Position numbers and translations under genes: made by a program
Part shown: positions 1-11,554 of the stretch, in pieces
How the letters are laid out: each line of letters starts with the position of its first letter
Position numbering within the stretch: position 1 is the stretch's first letter
DNA from: Octopus vulgaris
Lineage: Eukaryota
NCBI GenBank assembly: GCA_951406725.2
Contig: OX597814.1
Coordinates: forward strand, 135,408,001-135,472,000
Length of the DNA stretch: 64,000 nucleotides
Direction: 5' to 3'
The notes under the pieces: generated by a model
Told to the model about the DNA's origin: nothing
What the model saw: only the letters and a program-made list of their open reading frames with translations
Database searches by the model: none

Positions 1-79
1 TGATTAGTAACAACATAAGGTTCTTTTGCTGGAATATGAACCGTATCAGGAACTTATATTCATGTGTATGTATGCTTAT

Positions 80-440
80 TCTTTTATTCTTTTACTTGTT
101 TAAGTTATTTGATTGCAGCCATGCTGGAGTAATGCCTTTAGTTGAACATATTGACCCCAGGACTTATTTTTTGTTAGCCTAGTACTTATTCTAGTTACAG
201 GGATGTAAATACACCAACATCGGTTGTCAAGTGATGGTGGGGAGACAAACACAGATGCACAAATATATATACATGTCTATCTATATATATATTGTATATA
301 TGATGGCTTCTTTCAATTTCCATCTACCAAATCCACTCACAAGGCTTTGGTCAGCCTAAGGCTATAGCAGAAGACACTTGTCCAAGGTATCACACAGTGG
401 GACTCAACTCAGAACCATGTGGTTGGGAAGCAAGCTTCTC
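80..440 (-). mobile_element. tRNA-derived SINE (decayed copy of the family at 57770-58160)
   Basis: Shares blocks with 57770-58160, e.g. ccatctaccaaatccactcacaaggctttggtc and gaagacacttg-ccaagg...gggact-aac...ccatgtggttgg. Boundaries approximate. Confidence 0.7.
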
Positions 441-1081
441 TTTTTTCCCTTATCCTTAATTGCTTTTGTGATCCCTCCTTACTTACCACAACCCATAGCT
501 TACCATAATAAATTTTCTCCTACAGCCCACTGCAGTCTTACCATAATCTAGTCTAGTCTGAGTCACTGACCTTAGATATCAAATTACACACTTTAAAGAA
601 CTACATTCTTAACCTAAACTGCCAACATAGTTGCTCATTTTCCCATTCATAACTGGCCTTGACAAACACATCCCTGCTGTGTTCCTGAATATTCTTTTAT
701 TTTGTAAAAGAATATTCAAGAACACAGCAGGTATATGTCTTCTCATCTGATGATTACAGTCTTTTATAAAGATGTAATGTTCTCATTCATCTATTAAAAG
801 TTATGAAAGAAACAGCTGTAATGAGATGACAATTATCCATTATATGTTAATATTCATTTGATTACAATACACCAGGGTATTTATGACTTATCGGACACGC
901 TAGAGTATACCAACAATGTACTACTCAAAGTTATGCGTTATTTGGACACAAACGAAATATCCTAGCTGATATTGTCAACTCTCACAAACCATAGGCCTGA
1001 ACTGCAGACATTACCCATCCCTACCTGGTGCATACCTTTTCAAGCACCTAATTCTATTGGAATCTTCTTCTTACTACTTAT

Positions 1082-1272
1082 AGGGCTTCTTTCAGTTTCT
1101 GTTTACCAAATCCATGACAGGCTTCTTTCAGTTTCTGTCTACCAAAATCCACTCACAAGGCTTTGCTTGGCCTGAAGCTATAGTAGAAGACACTTGCCCA
1201 TGGTGCTACACAGTGGGATTGAACCCAGAACCATGTGGTTGGGAAGCAAGTTTCTTGCCACACTCCTGCACC
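1082..1272 (-). mobile_element. SINE 5' fragment with a short internal tandem duplication
   Basis: ggcttctttcagtttctgt-taccaaatcca occurs twice, followed by the same tRNA-like head as 57990-58155. Confidence 0.65.
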
Positions 1273-1286
1273 TATATATATATATA

Positions 1287-2194
1287 CTGGGTCATCCCAT
1301 AAATAATGAAGTTTTTTAAATTGCATGAACTAAAAGTTGGAGGGGAATGGGATAAACTACCTGCATCTATTTGCTTTAAAAGGAGGTTGTAAATTTACCT
1401 TGTCCGTATTCTTAGTGCAAGTTTTGAAAAGTGCTGTTATTTTTTCAAAGCTATAATAGAAGTGACAAAAGAACATATTCGGGGTAGTTTGCTTTATGAG
1501 TTCAATAAAGGCAACAACACAACAGAAAGCACAAGGAATATTAATGCAGTATATGGGGATCGGACAGCAAGCGTAAGCCAGTGTCAATAGTAGTTCCAGA
1601 AATTCTGAGCCAGAAACCACAGCCTAGAAAATAAGCATTATCCTGGAAGATCTGTAGGGCTCAAAAAGGACTTCCTGCAAACCCTAGTGGAAGAAAATCC
1701 CACCGTGACTGTTGAGGAACTAACAGAGAAGCTTAGATTTGGTCATTCGACCAGTCATTCAAGTCAGCACTAGAAGAAAATCGACCATCTTTGGTTTCAA
1801 GATGAAAGGTGTTTTTTCATCAAGATAATGCTTAGCTACATACAGCAAGGATAACATTCCAAAGGCTGGAGAAGTTTGAATGGGAAACAATACCCCACCC
1901 ACCATTTACACCAGACATTGCCCTATATGATTATCATTTATTCTGCAGTCTTCCAAATCATTTGGACGGAAAAAAATATGAATTCTGTAGATGAGATCAG
2001 AACAATACTAGAGAAGTATTTTTCATCACAGACAAGTGAATTTTCGAAGAGGGGGCTTTTTAAGTCTACCAGCTAGATGGAAGAGCATTGTAGAAAATTG
2101 AGGAGAGTATATTTTAGATTAAAAAAGAACTTTGTCTCACTTTTGAAAAATAAAGGAAGTATAAAAAGACCACATTATTTATGGGGTGACCCAA
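1287..2194 (+). mobile_element. Internally deleted mariner (Tc1/mariner) element
   Basis: TIRs ctgggtcatcccataaataatg / cattatttatggggtgacccaa, flanked by TA. Frameshifted transposase pieces, e.g. KNMNSVDEIRTILEKYFSSQTSEF. Homologous to 5157-6054. Confidence 0.85.
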
Positions 2195-2204
2195 TATATA
2201 AATA

Positions 2205-2415
2205 TTTTACCTTTGAGCTTATAAGAGTTTATAAGCATTCATCATGTATTGGCTATAGAAAATAGTCTAATATTGGAACATATAAGCCCTTCATTGATAA
2301 AAATGGGTATTCATGTATTAATACCCATTTTCTGTTGAGGGTTTATAAGCCCCAATATTAGACTATTTTCTGTAGCTAATACACAGTGAACACTTATAAG
2401 CTTAAAGCTTATAAT
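2205..2415. repeat. Imperfect palindrome / MITE-like hairpin (~100 bp arms)
   Basis: tgtattggctatagaaaatagtctaatattgg...aaaatgggtatt pairs with aatacccatttt...ccaatattagactattttctgtagctaataca. Confidence 0.7.
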
Positions 2416-3504
2416 TATTTACAGAATTTTCACTTGTTGCTGTTTCTTACACCACATGCACACACACACACACACACAAATATACATATGTGCATGTGTG
2501 TGTTTATAATCTTTATATTTAGTTATTTATTATTTTATTGTATTTTCATTGTTATTGCTACTCTCTTTTTCAAGATGTCAGCATTGTTTGAATTGTATTT
2601 AAAGCCTGCAGGATTAAATAGTTCTGAAATGAATGATATTCATTGGATGTCACAAATATTAATGTTAGATTTATAGCCATCCTCATCAATTTATGGCTTC
2701 ATCTAATTTCCTGTTTTTTTCCTTCCTTTCCTTTTGTTGTCTTTTTTTGTTTGTGTCTTATTTATTGATCTTATATAGGGTTAGGATGATTTAATTCACC
2801 TCTTTGGTGTCTGAATGATTGTATTGCATTTCCATGAATTTTTAAATTTTGATTTTTTTCCTCCCTAAGATACCATATCATTAAAATAGCTTCCTGTTTT
2901 AAAATGGCTACCACAACACTAATAAATTGGTTGCTATTTATTATATATATTATGCATTACTATCAATATGTTTACTTGGTACCTAAACCTCAATGTACTT
3001 TTAGTATTATTACTATATTTAGAATAGAGAAATAACAGTAACATTTGATTGAGTTACATTGTTACTGTACTTGTTTTTCCTGTTAAAAATGGGTTTATTG
3101 TCACCTATACAGACTAACTTGATAACTTGTTGCTATGTTGTGTATGGCATAATAGGTGATGCACTGGAAGTGATGTTAAGTGCTGAAGTGAGCGAATTGC
3201 GTGTTCTCTCTTTTCCATGGACAGTTGGCCAGCATGGACATATAAATGCAGGGTCCTCTGGTATTCTAGCTATTGGATAACAGGTAGGGTAGAGAGTGTC
3301 TCTGAGTCACATAACAAGTTCTAATCAGTGGCTGAGAAATTCCTTTTTGGATTTGTTTGCCAAGTCAAGGTTGCCACAAGAGCAGCTAACATTGTGCTGT
3401 CAAATCATTTCATTTCCTCACCAACATTATCAATTGGTCTATTGTATACTTCCACAATGCATTAATATAGTATAGTGTTGTTAGCATGTAAAAAGCACAC
3501 TTTG

Positions 3505-3670
3505 TTAAGAGGTCAGCATTAGGAAGGGCATCCAGCTGTAGAAACCATGCCACAAGAGATAATTGGAGTCTGGACAGCTCCCTGCTATCCAGCTTCATGT
3601 CAAACTGTCCAACCCATGCCAGCATGGAAAGTGAACTTTAAACAATAATGATGATAATGATGATGATAAG
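3505..3670 (+). mobile_element. SINE 3' part ending in an (ATG)n tail
   Basis: ttaggaagggcatccagctgtagaaac...gtccaacccatgccagcatggaaa...gatgat. The same tail recurs at ~4855(-), 7340, 7655, 20395, 39900, 52760(-) and 61585. Confidence 0.75.
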
Positions 3671-4554
3671 ATGAAGAGTTTGTTTTCTTTGTACCAAGAT
3701 CTCTATTCCTCTAACCTTTTACCTACACACAGGGCTGTTTATCTCTTATTAATTTATGGTAATATTTTAAAATTTACCCTTTAGACAATTCATTCTGATC
3801 TCTATATTTTATCTGTGGCTTTGTTTTGCTAATCTTGCAGTTATTTGTACACAGCATCCTATTAAAATGTGCATAACTTACTAATGATGATTACAATCTA
3901 TAACACCAGTTTCACTGAAGATATTTGCTAATTTGCTTTTAGGCATCCACAAACAATATGCCATCAAATTGCTTTGTCCATTCCATTTGCAGTATTGTTA
4001 ATTGTGCTTTTTGATCTTTCCTTGATTCATTTCTACACTTTGGTCTGACCCATTCAATTATAAGCCGAAAGCTGTATGAATAAAATTCTGCATATTTTTT
4101 GTAACTCACAAAGCTGACAGATGAACAAACTATTTCCTCATTATGCATACAACTTCATTTATCCAGATATTCATTTTGTATTTTCTATGACAGTTATATC
4201 TTTATGATTAGATGTTCAATTAGTTAGTCATTTCACATATGAGGAGATTATCTGAGTTTAATATATACAGTCATTATGTAAGGTTGCTAACATAATTCAA
4301 TGTAAATAATTTCTTGTTCAGTTGTCTGGACACATTGATAATCTAGTAGATGGAATTTTGCTATGGTTTGAATAGTATACATAGGGTTATCACCTGATTC
4401 TAGATCTTCATCATGTGGGACTGTTCAAACCACAAACTTAATGTCATTTTCATAGTTGGATTATCAAGCTAGAATTATAAACTTATCTTCAAGAATCTAT
4501 TTAAGCTAATAGATTGGTAAAAATGTCTGCACCAAATTTCTCTTGAGTGAGTGT

Positions 4555-4722
4555 GTGTATGTATACATACATACATACATACATACATACATACATACAT
4601 ACATACATACATACATACATACATACATACATACATACATACATACATACATACATACATACATACATGTATGTATGTATGCATGCATACATACATAGAT
4701 ATATACATATATATATATATAT
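4555..4722. repeat. (TACA)n/(TA)n microsatellite
   Basis: Directly visible; source of the spurious CMYV/YIHT ORFs. Confidence 0.95.
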
Positions 4723-5156
4723 AACAAAGTAATGGCACAAAGCAGTGTTTATGTATAATCACAATTTAGGTTAGTTGAAATATGTGGCAAGCGTATTTCA
4801 ACTAACCCAGATTGTAACATATATACATATATACATACATATTTATATATCATCACCGTCATTTAATGTCTGCTTTCCATACTGGCATTGGTTGGACAGT
4901 TTGACAGGAGCTGGCTAGGCAAAAGACTGCACCATGCTTCGCTGTCTATTTTGGCAAAGTTTTTACAGCTGGATGACCTTCCTAACACCAGTACACACAC
5001 ACCCATATATATATGCATGCATACATACACACACACACACACACACATATATATGCATGCTTACACAAACACATACACACACAATTTACAGTGTGCTAGA
5101 CTGTGCAACACATTACCAGTTAATCAGTTTTATATTCAACTTTTATTTTTCATATA

Positions 5157-6054
5157 TTGGGTCATCCTAAAAATAATACAGCTTTTTTAATACTTCTTTT
5201 ATTCTTCAAAAGTAAGGTAAACAAATTTCTTTTATAATCTAAAATATACTTTCCTTCATTTTCTACGATGCTTTTCCATCTCTCTGGGAGATTTGCAGAG
5301 CCCCTCTTCTAAAATTCACTTGTCCGTGATGAAAAATACTCCTCCAGTACTGTTCTGACCTCATCTACAGAATTCATATTTTTTCCACCCAAATGATTTT
5401 GAAGACTGCTAAATAAATGATAACCAGATAGAGAAATGTCTGGTAAATATGGTGGGTGGGGTATCGTTTCCCATTTAAACTGCTCCAGCCTTTGGAATGT
5501 CATCCTCACTGTATGTGGCCAAGCATTAACCTGATGGATGAACACCTTTCATCTTGAAACCAAAGATGGTCAATTTTCTTCTGGTGCTGACTTCAATGAC
5601 TGGTTGAATGACCAAGTCCAAGCTTCTCTGCTAGTTCCTCAACAGTTACAATGGGAATTTGTTCCACCAGGGTTTGCAGGACATCATCATTGAGCTCTAC
5701 AAATCTTCCAAGATGAGGCTCATCTTTTAGGCTGTAGTTTCTGGCTCAGAATTTCTGGAACTACCGTTGACACTGGCTTATGCTTATTGTTTGATCCCCA
5801 TATACTTTTATTGCTTTTATCGAACTCATAAAGCAAAATATGCTGAATACGCTCCTTTGTCACTTCCATTATAGCTTTGAAAAAATAACTGTTAAAATCG
5901 AACTGCACTCTTCAAAACTTGCACTAAGAATAAGGACATGGTAAAATTACTAACTGTTTTTATAGCAAGTCGATGCAGGTAGTTTATCCTGTCCCCTTCT
6001 GACTTTTAGTTCATGCAGTTGAAACCAAAACACATTATTTATGTGATGACCCAG
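5157..6054 (-). mobile_element. Internally deleted mariner element, same family as 1287-2194
   Basis: TIRs ttgggtcatcctaaaaataat / attatttatgtgatgacccag, flanked by TA. Translates MEVTKERIQHILLYEF and HQVNAWPH...HPPYLPDISLSGYHLFSSLQNHL, matching mariner HDNARPH / HPPYSPDLAPSDYHLF. Confidence 0.9.
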
Positions 6055-7598
6055 TAGTTTTAGTCTAGTCCTCATAACAAGATATAGACTAGAGTACAGA
6101 GTTTGAGTCACATTTTATATAGTAATAAGAAACAGAGAAATACTGAGAATGTGAACCACGAGCTTAAGAAATGCTTGCTTATTAATGCTTAAAAATACCA
6201 AATACATATATGATTCATGTGTCCCTTCGTGTATTTTTTTCGTAAGAGAACCACTATTCTGTGCATCTGATCTACTCTGTTATTCACTAAATTCTGGGAA
6301 CCACATCCAACATTCTTTAACTCTTTTACTGTGGAAATCAGATATATCCACTCAAAATTTCATTACCCTTAACTTCGGAAAGCAGTTTAATATATTGATC
6401 TTATCTTTTGTTGAACAATGTCATTTTTGAAACTTTTCTTTTTTTCACTTTTGACATATGTCAAGTCTACTGAGACAATGTTACTTGCAGAAAATATTTT
6501 TTATTTTTTAGTGGTTATTAAACATCATTACTTGAATAAACATGAAATTTGATTTTGCAGTTAAAGGGTTAAGAATCTTTTTAGCAGCTGAGATAATTAG
6601 TGGATAGTCAGCCTAGTTTTGACAAATTTAATTTGGTCATATTTTTCTTCTTGATAGATTTCATGATATATTAGTATGAGGATAGTCATAACTTGTCAGC
6701 ATAATCATTACAAAATATCACTCTTGCAAATTATTCCCACAAACTTCTCACATGGTTTTACACCAACACCTGGCACACTTGATACCTTTAACAAGAGTTT
6801 ACGCTGCTGCTAGTTTTCAATTCAGGTCACTGGTTTGAAGATATTTTCCTCCCTCCAGACTCAGAAGCCCTGCTAAGGGTTGTCGACCCTGCCTTCTCTC
6901 CAGACTAGAAAGATAAAAAGAAAATAAACACTCAATGTAATGGCTATTATATCTATTCTATCTTAAAACTAATTCAGTGAGGTCACAATTGCAGCTGTAT
7001 CATAGTTTCAGCTTTATATTAATGTATCTTTAGCAGGCATCTGGAGGCATTCAAATAAGTCGAGACAGGATTAGCAAGAGGAAATATAACAATCTGTTGT
7101 TATTGTTGTCCTTTAGCTCCAGGTGAGTCTGAATTCAGCAGAATCAGAATTGAAATTACTCCAGCTATGTCATTTTAGAGAGTATCAAAGACTAGATTAA
7201 TTGATATGTACTTTTGCTGAAAAAAGATGGCAGGGTGTGATTTGAGGGGCTGTTAGTTGTTATTTTTAGCATGTTAGCAATGTGGACTCTGTAAATTGCA
7301 ATGTGATCAGAAGTGGTTTGGGGATCCTTCCTAATGTTGGTAAAGAAAGGCATCAAGCCATAGAAACCATGCCAAATCAAACAGGTGTCTGGTGCAGCCT
7401 TCCAGCTTGCCAACCCTGGTCAAACTGTTCAACCCATGCCAGCATGGATAATGGATGTTAAATTATGATGATGATATATGACTCAATGGCTTGGATATTG
7501 TTTGCTTTCTGCCTGTCAAATTGAAGAATGCAATACCACCCATTTCTGTATTTCTGTAAACTGTTATTGTTGCTGAGTTCCAAATCAGTTCTGAATAA

Positions 7599-7658
<60 letters not shown>

Positions 7659-7777
7659 GGAAAGGCATTCAGTTGTAGAAACACTGCCAGATCAGACTGG
7701 AGCCTGGTGCAGCCTCCTGACTTCCCAGACCCCGGTCGAACTGTCCAACCCATGGTAGCATGGAAAACGGACGTAGC

Positions 7778-8066
7778 CATCTTATCTGGCTACCACTGTC
7801 ACCAGATCTCAATATTACTGAACATTTGTGGTGCATTTTAGAAAAATAAGTAAGGAGTCGATATCTTCCACCATCATCACTACAAGAACTGGAGACTGTT
7901 TTAGCTGAAGAATGGACAAAAATTCCTTTGGAAACAATTCAAACTTTGTATGAGTTCATACCTCATAGAATTCAAGCTGTAATTACTGCCAAAGGCGGTC
8001 CAACCCCATATTAAAATAAATATGTTTGAAATTTTAAAGTGTTTCCATTATTTTGTCCAACCCCTG
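7778..8066 (+). mobile_element. Tc1-family transposon 3' fragment
   Basis: Translates HLIWLPLSPDLNITEHLW (Tc1 WPPQSPDLNPIEHLW motif) and ends in TIR-like gtttccattattttgtccaacccctg followed by TA. Confidence 0.8.
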
Positions 8067-8625
8067 TAGCTTCTATAACTGGATACCCTTCCTAGTGCCA
8101 ACTACCTTATAGAGTGTGCTGAGTGCCTCTTTATGTGCCACTGGCACAGGAGCATTTATGCAGCATCAGCACAAGTGCATTTTACATGGCACTAGTACCT
8201 ATAAAGGTCATATCTGTATGTATGGATGACCATGATTTTACTTAGCTTCACACATCTTCTCAAGTAAAGCAAATCACTACAACTCCTGGAGCCTTGTGGC
8301 CAGGAGTTTCCACAGTGTGGCCCAGCACTCCCAGTTCTTCTATATCACTCTTGGCCTGCACAGCCACCACAGGCACCAGCACCCTTCACACCCATCAGGA
8401 CAAAGAGGCTCAATCACTCGCTACAGGCTAACTACTCATATATGAGTATATGAGTTAATGCCAACAACAACACACACACACTGAAACACCCACACCATGC
8501 AATCATGTATAAATAATGTAGCTTCTATACTCACAATCATGCGCATATACACTTAAAATGTTAATTACACATGCACTCACGCAAACAGATATTCTAAACC
8601 AACATATAAAAACTGACCGTTTGAA

Positions 8626-8672
8626 GATCAGTGAGCAGGTCACAGAAGTGTGACAAAAGACTGTTTATTAAC
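8626..8672 (+). ncRNA. Degenerate hammerhead-like motif with G3-C8 core (GUGAGCA)
   Basis: tca GTGAGCA g gtcac agaagt gtgac AAAA gactgttt. Stem II is perfect (5 bp); G12 is lost, consistent with CpG decay; stems I and III are eroded. Confidence 0.4.
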
Positions 8673-9549
8673 AATGAAATAATTAAATAATAAAGAAGCT
8701 AATAATAACTGCAACTAATGTGTGCATATTTATGATTATTGAAGAGGATATCTGAAATACATGCATATATTCATTCATGCATGCATGCTTACACGCACAC
8801 ACACACATACATACACACAGACACATACTGACATGTACATACATACATGCATTTATTCATTCATTTGTTTTATTGCTTTGAAAACTACATAAAAGTGAAC
8901 TTTATAAATTACACACTTTTTTACTGCTCCAATTCCCTTCCCTGTTTTCTGATGCTGAATTGTTTTGCTTTATTTATTCATTTGTTGATTTATTTTTATT
9001 GCTTTCTTTATAAATTGAATTTCCTTATTTCTATATTCTTTGTTGTGTTTGAACTCAATAGAGGGAAACTAAATCCATTCTGCTATGCATTTCTGTTTCA
9101 TATATGACTTTAAAAATTATATGATTCCTCCAATTGTCTTTTTGCATGTATGTGTGTTAAACTGATAAATGTTGTCAGGTTGAATCTACAATTTAGTTTT
9201 CATTCCTATTTGTAGTCAAATTGCTTCATTTCAATAATACTGCTCATATCTCCAGGAAATGCATGAATGTCACAATATTATATTTATATTTCCTCTCTCT
9301 TATAAATCTCAGCTCTTTGTCACATTATGTTTTATTATTTTGCTAGTCTCAGTCATTGGACTGCAATCTTTGAGTACAGCTTACATTTCACTAGTATGAA
9401 CATTTTTAGAATATACAGCTGTGAAACAATATCTACTAAAATAATTCAGATTAATATCCTAATTTGCATTATCATTTAACCATTTCAAATATAGAGCACA
9501 TATGCAAAATATAAGAAAAAAAATTCTTGTTATTTACATCATAAGAGTT

Positions 9550-9750
9550 TTATAAACTTACAAGAGAATGTGAAATAATTCATTTTGGAAGCACTCATAA
9601 AGCTATAAACAATAGCATGAAAAAGTCAAAGACAGCCTTTGACTTTTTTTTTATTTGAAATGGTTTTTCAATCCAATATTTACATGCTATTATTTATAGC
9701 TTTATCATCTGCTTGAAAATCCACTTTCTCTTGAAAGTTTATAAAATTTT
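9550..9750. mobile_element. Palindromic MITE-like element; a related copy at ~34700-35180 is split by a SINE
   Basis: ttataaactt-caagaga...aaagctataaacaatagcatg pairs with catgctattatttatagcttt...tctcttgaaagtttataa. The block tttacatgctattatttatagcttt recurs at 35096. Confidence 0.55.
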
Positions 9751-10039
9751 TATAACACCAACAACCTACAATTCTTGTTGGTAAGAATGAAGTTTCTTAA
9801 ATGGATAGAGAAATTCTAAGGATATATTCATGCATTTTCTTCTGGTTCACTCATTCTTGAAATAGTTCTTAGTTTACTTCATAAAAAAGGGAGATTCATA
9901 CACTTCTATTATCTATTTATTTATTTATTTATTTATTCAAGATTTGATGGATTAACATAAGATACTCTTGCAACCTGGGTCTTAAAAGAGATATAGATTC
10001 AAGAAAGTTAATACAGGACAAGTGAACTCTTCTAATTAA

Positions 10040-10259
10040 CCCTTTAGCATTTAAACCAGCCATATCTGGCCCAAATATTCTACTTGTTTTGTGTTCTAAC
10101 CAACCAAATCTAGCCTATCACACCTACCCTTCGATGCCATTATAAAAATATATAATCACATCATGAAAATTTCAAAGCTACAAAATAATGCATAATTAAT
10201 TAAAAACAATGTGAATAAAAAATCATTACATTTGACAGGGTAATGTGAATGCCGAAGGG
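10040..10259. mobile_element. piggyBac-type MITE
   Basis: TTAA-CCCTTTAGCATT ... AATGCCGAAGGG-TTAA: TTAA target duplication and CCC/GGG ends. A partial relative lies at ~37680-37868. Confidence 0.75.
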
Positions 10260-10754
10260 TTAATGAATCTAAAGCTTTATTTCCTACCTGATATTGCTCT
10301 ATGTCTATAGCTAAGAGAGTTGACAGTTGCTACATGTAAACAGTTGCCTTGAATGAACTTGATCCATTACTGGAAGTAGTTGTGTCAAGATAGATCTGAC
10401 AAGTGTTTCTTTAACAGTTATTGCTTTGGTTAGTTGACATCATGGGTGTAAAAATCTAACAAAAGACTTACAGATACATGAGCTGAGATATATCGCAACT
10501 ACTTAATACTGTGAACATGCTTTTAGAGCAAAAATGAGTCTATAGTGTACAATGAGAAGCAGGTCATTCTGTTTCTGTTAAGAAGACTGTAGGATTCTTG
10601 ACTAGGAACATAGTGCAGCAATGATTAGGAGATATAAATAACTCCACCCTTCAGTTGATACGTCACCACCCTAATGACTCAGCCCGCTGAAACAATAACG
10701 TTTAATTAGGATTATTGATATCCTATCACTAGCACGTGCACACACTCACACCAC

Positions 10755-10791
<37 letters not shown>

Positions 10792-10801
10792 CACACTCAC
10801 A

Positions 10802-10842
<41 letters not shown>

Positions 10843-11045
10843 GTATTGGTATCTAGAATACCCAAAAAGTGTCAGGTAATGCTAAGTAAGTGCTATGGAC
10901 AGACTGTAGTTAAACTCTTTGTTTGATAATGATATGAGTGAAGAGTCTAATGTGAGTCTTGTATTAGCATGCATATATATATTAGATAGAGTGAGATAAT
11001 AAACTCAAAGCTGTGAGGAGTTTCCTGGACATTTATAAGGAAATA

Positions 11046-11093
11046 GTCTTACAGCTGTTTCTTGGATATTATGGATATCCCTTCATCAGACGG
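11046..11093 (-). ncRNA. Minimal type-I hammerhead ribozyme motif (PLE type, stem I damaged)
   Basis: Minus strand: ccgt CTGATGA agggatat ccata atatcc aa GAAA cagctg TA agac. Palindromic stem III (ACAGCTGT). Confidence 0.6.
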
Positions 11094-11244
11094 TGTGAGA
11101 AGGTTAAATAGTGGAAATATTTGAGTTTGAATAATTATATCTTATTTCTACGTTCATTTGCTTATTTCCCTCTGTATTCCCTATCTCCTCCTTTTCCATA
11201 ACAATTCAAACTCAAATATTTCCTCTATTTAAGCTTCTCACACC

Positions 11245-11292
11245 GTCTCTGATGAAGGCATATCCATAATATCCCAGAAACAGTTGTAAGAC
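11245..11292 (+). ncRNA. Minimal type-I hammerhead ribozyme motif (PLE type)
   Basis: gtct CTGATGA aggcatat ccata atatccca GAAA cagttg TA agac. Stem I gtct/agac; predicted cleavage after GUA at 11288. Confidence 0.7.
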
Positions 11293-11369
11293 TATTTCTT
11301 TATAAATGTCCTGGAAACTTCTTACAGCCTTGGCTTTATTATCTCATTCTGTCTAATATATATATATAT

Positions 11370-11445
<76 letters not shown>

Positions 11446-11476
11446 ATCAAAATAAAAACATGATGCGAAGGATTCA

Positions 11477-11554
11477 GCGGTACATATGTTTCGGGCCTTT
11501 ATTAGACAGATTTATAACAATGCATAATGTATGTCTGTGGCCTTCTTCAGCCGC
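11477..11554 (-). ncRNA. Type-I hammerhead ribozyme in PLE pseudo-LTR (left arm)
   Basis: Reverse complement of 16665-16742. Confidence 0.8.

Larger units (their letters stand above)
10981..11357. mobile_element. Fold-back of two inverted PLE pseudo-LTR fragments, each with a hammerhead motif
   Basis: Arms ~10981-11132 and ~11204-11357 are diverged reverse complements, flanked by (TA)n on both sides. Confidence 0.75.

Noticed and set aside
674-731. ~27 bp-stem hairpin resembling a pre-miRNA
   Set aside because: Isolated inverted repeat with no supporting conservation or recognisable mature sequence; such hairpins are common in this window.
4475-5190. ORFs with CMYV/YIHT/THTH repeats (also 12100-13550, 14660-16100, 29640-30020, 31890-32600, 41090-41400)
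   Set aside because: Translations of microsatellites or low-complexity DNA; not genes.
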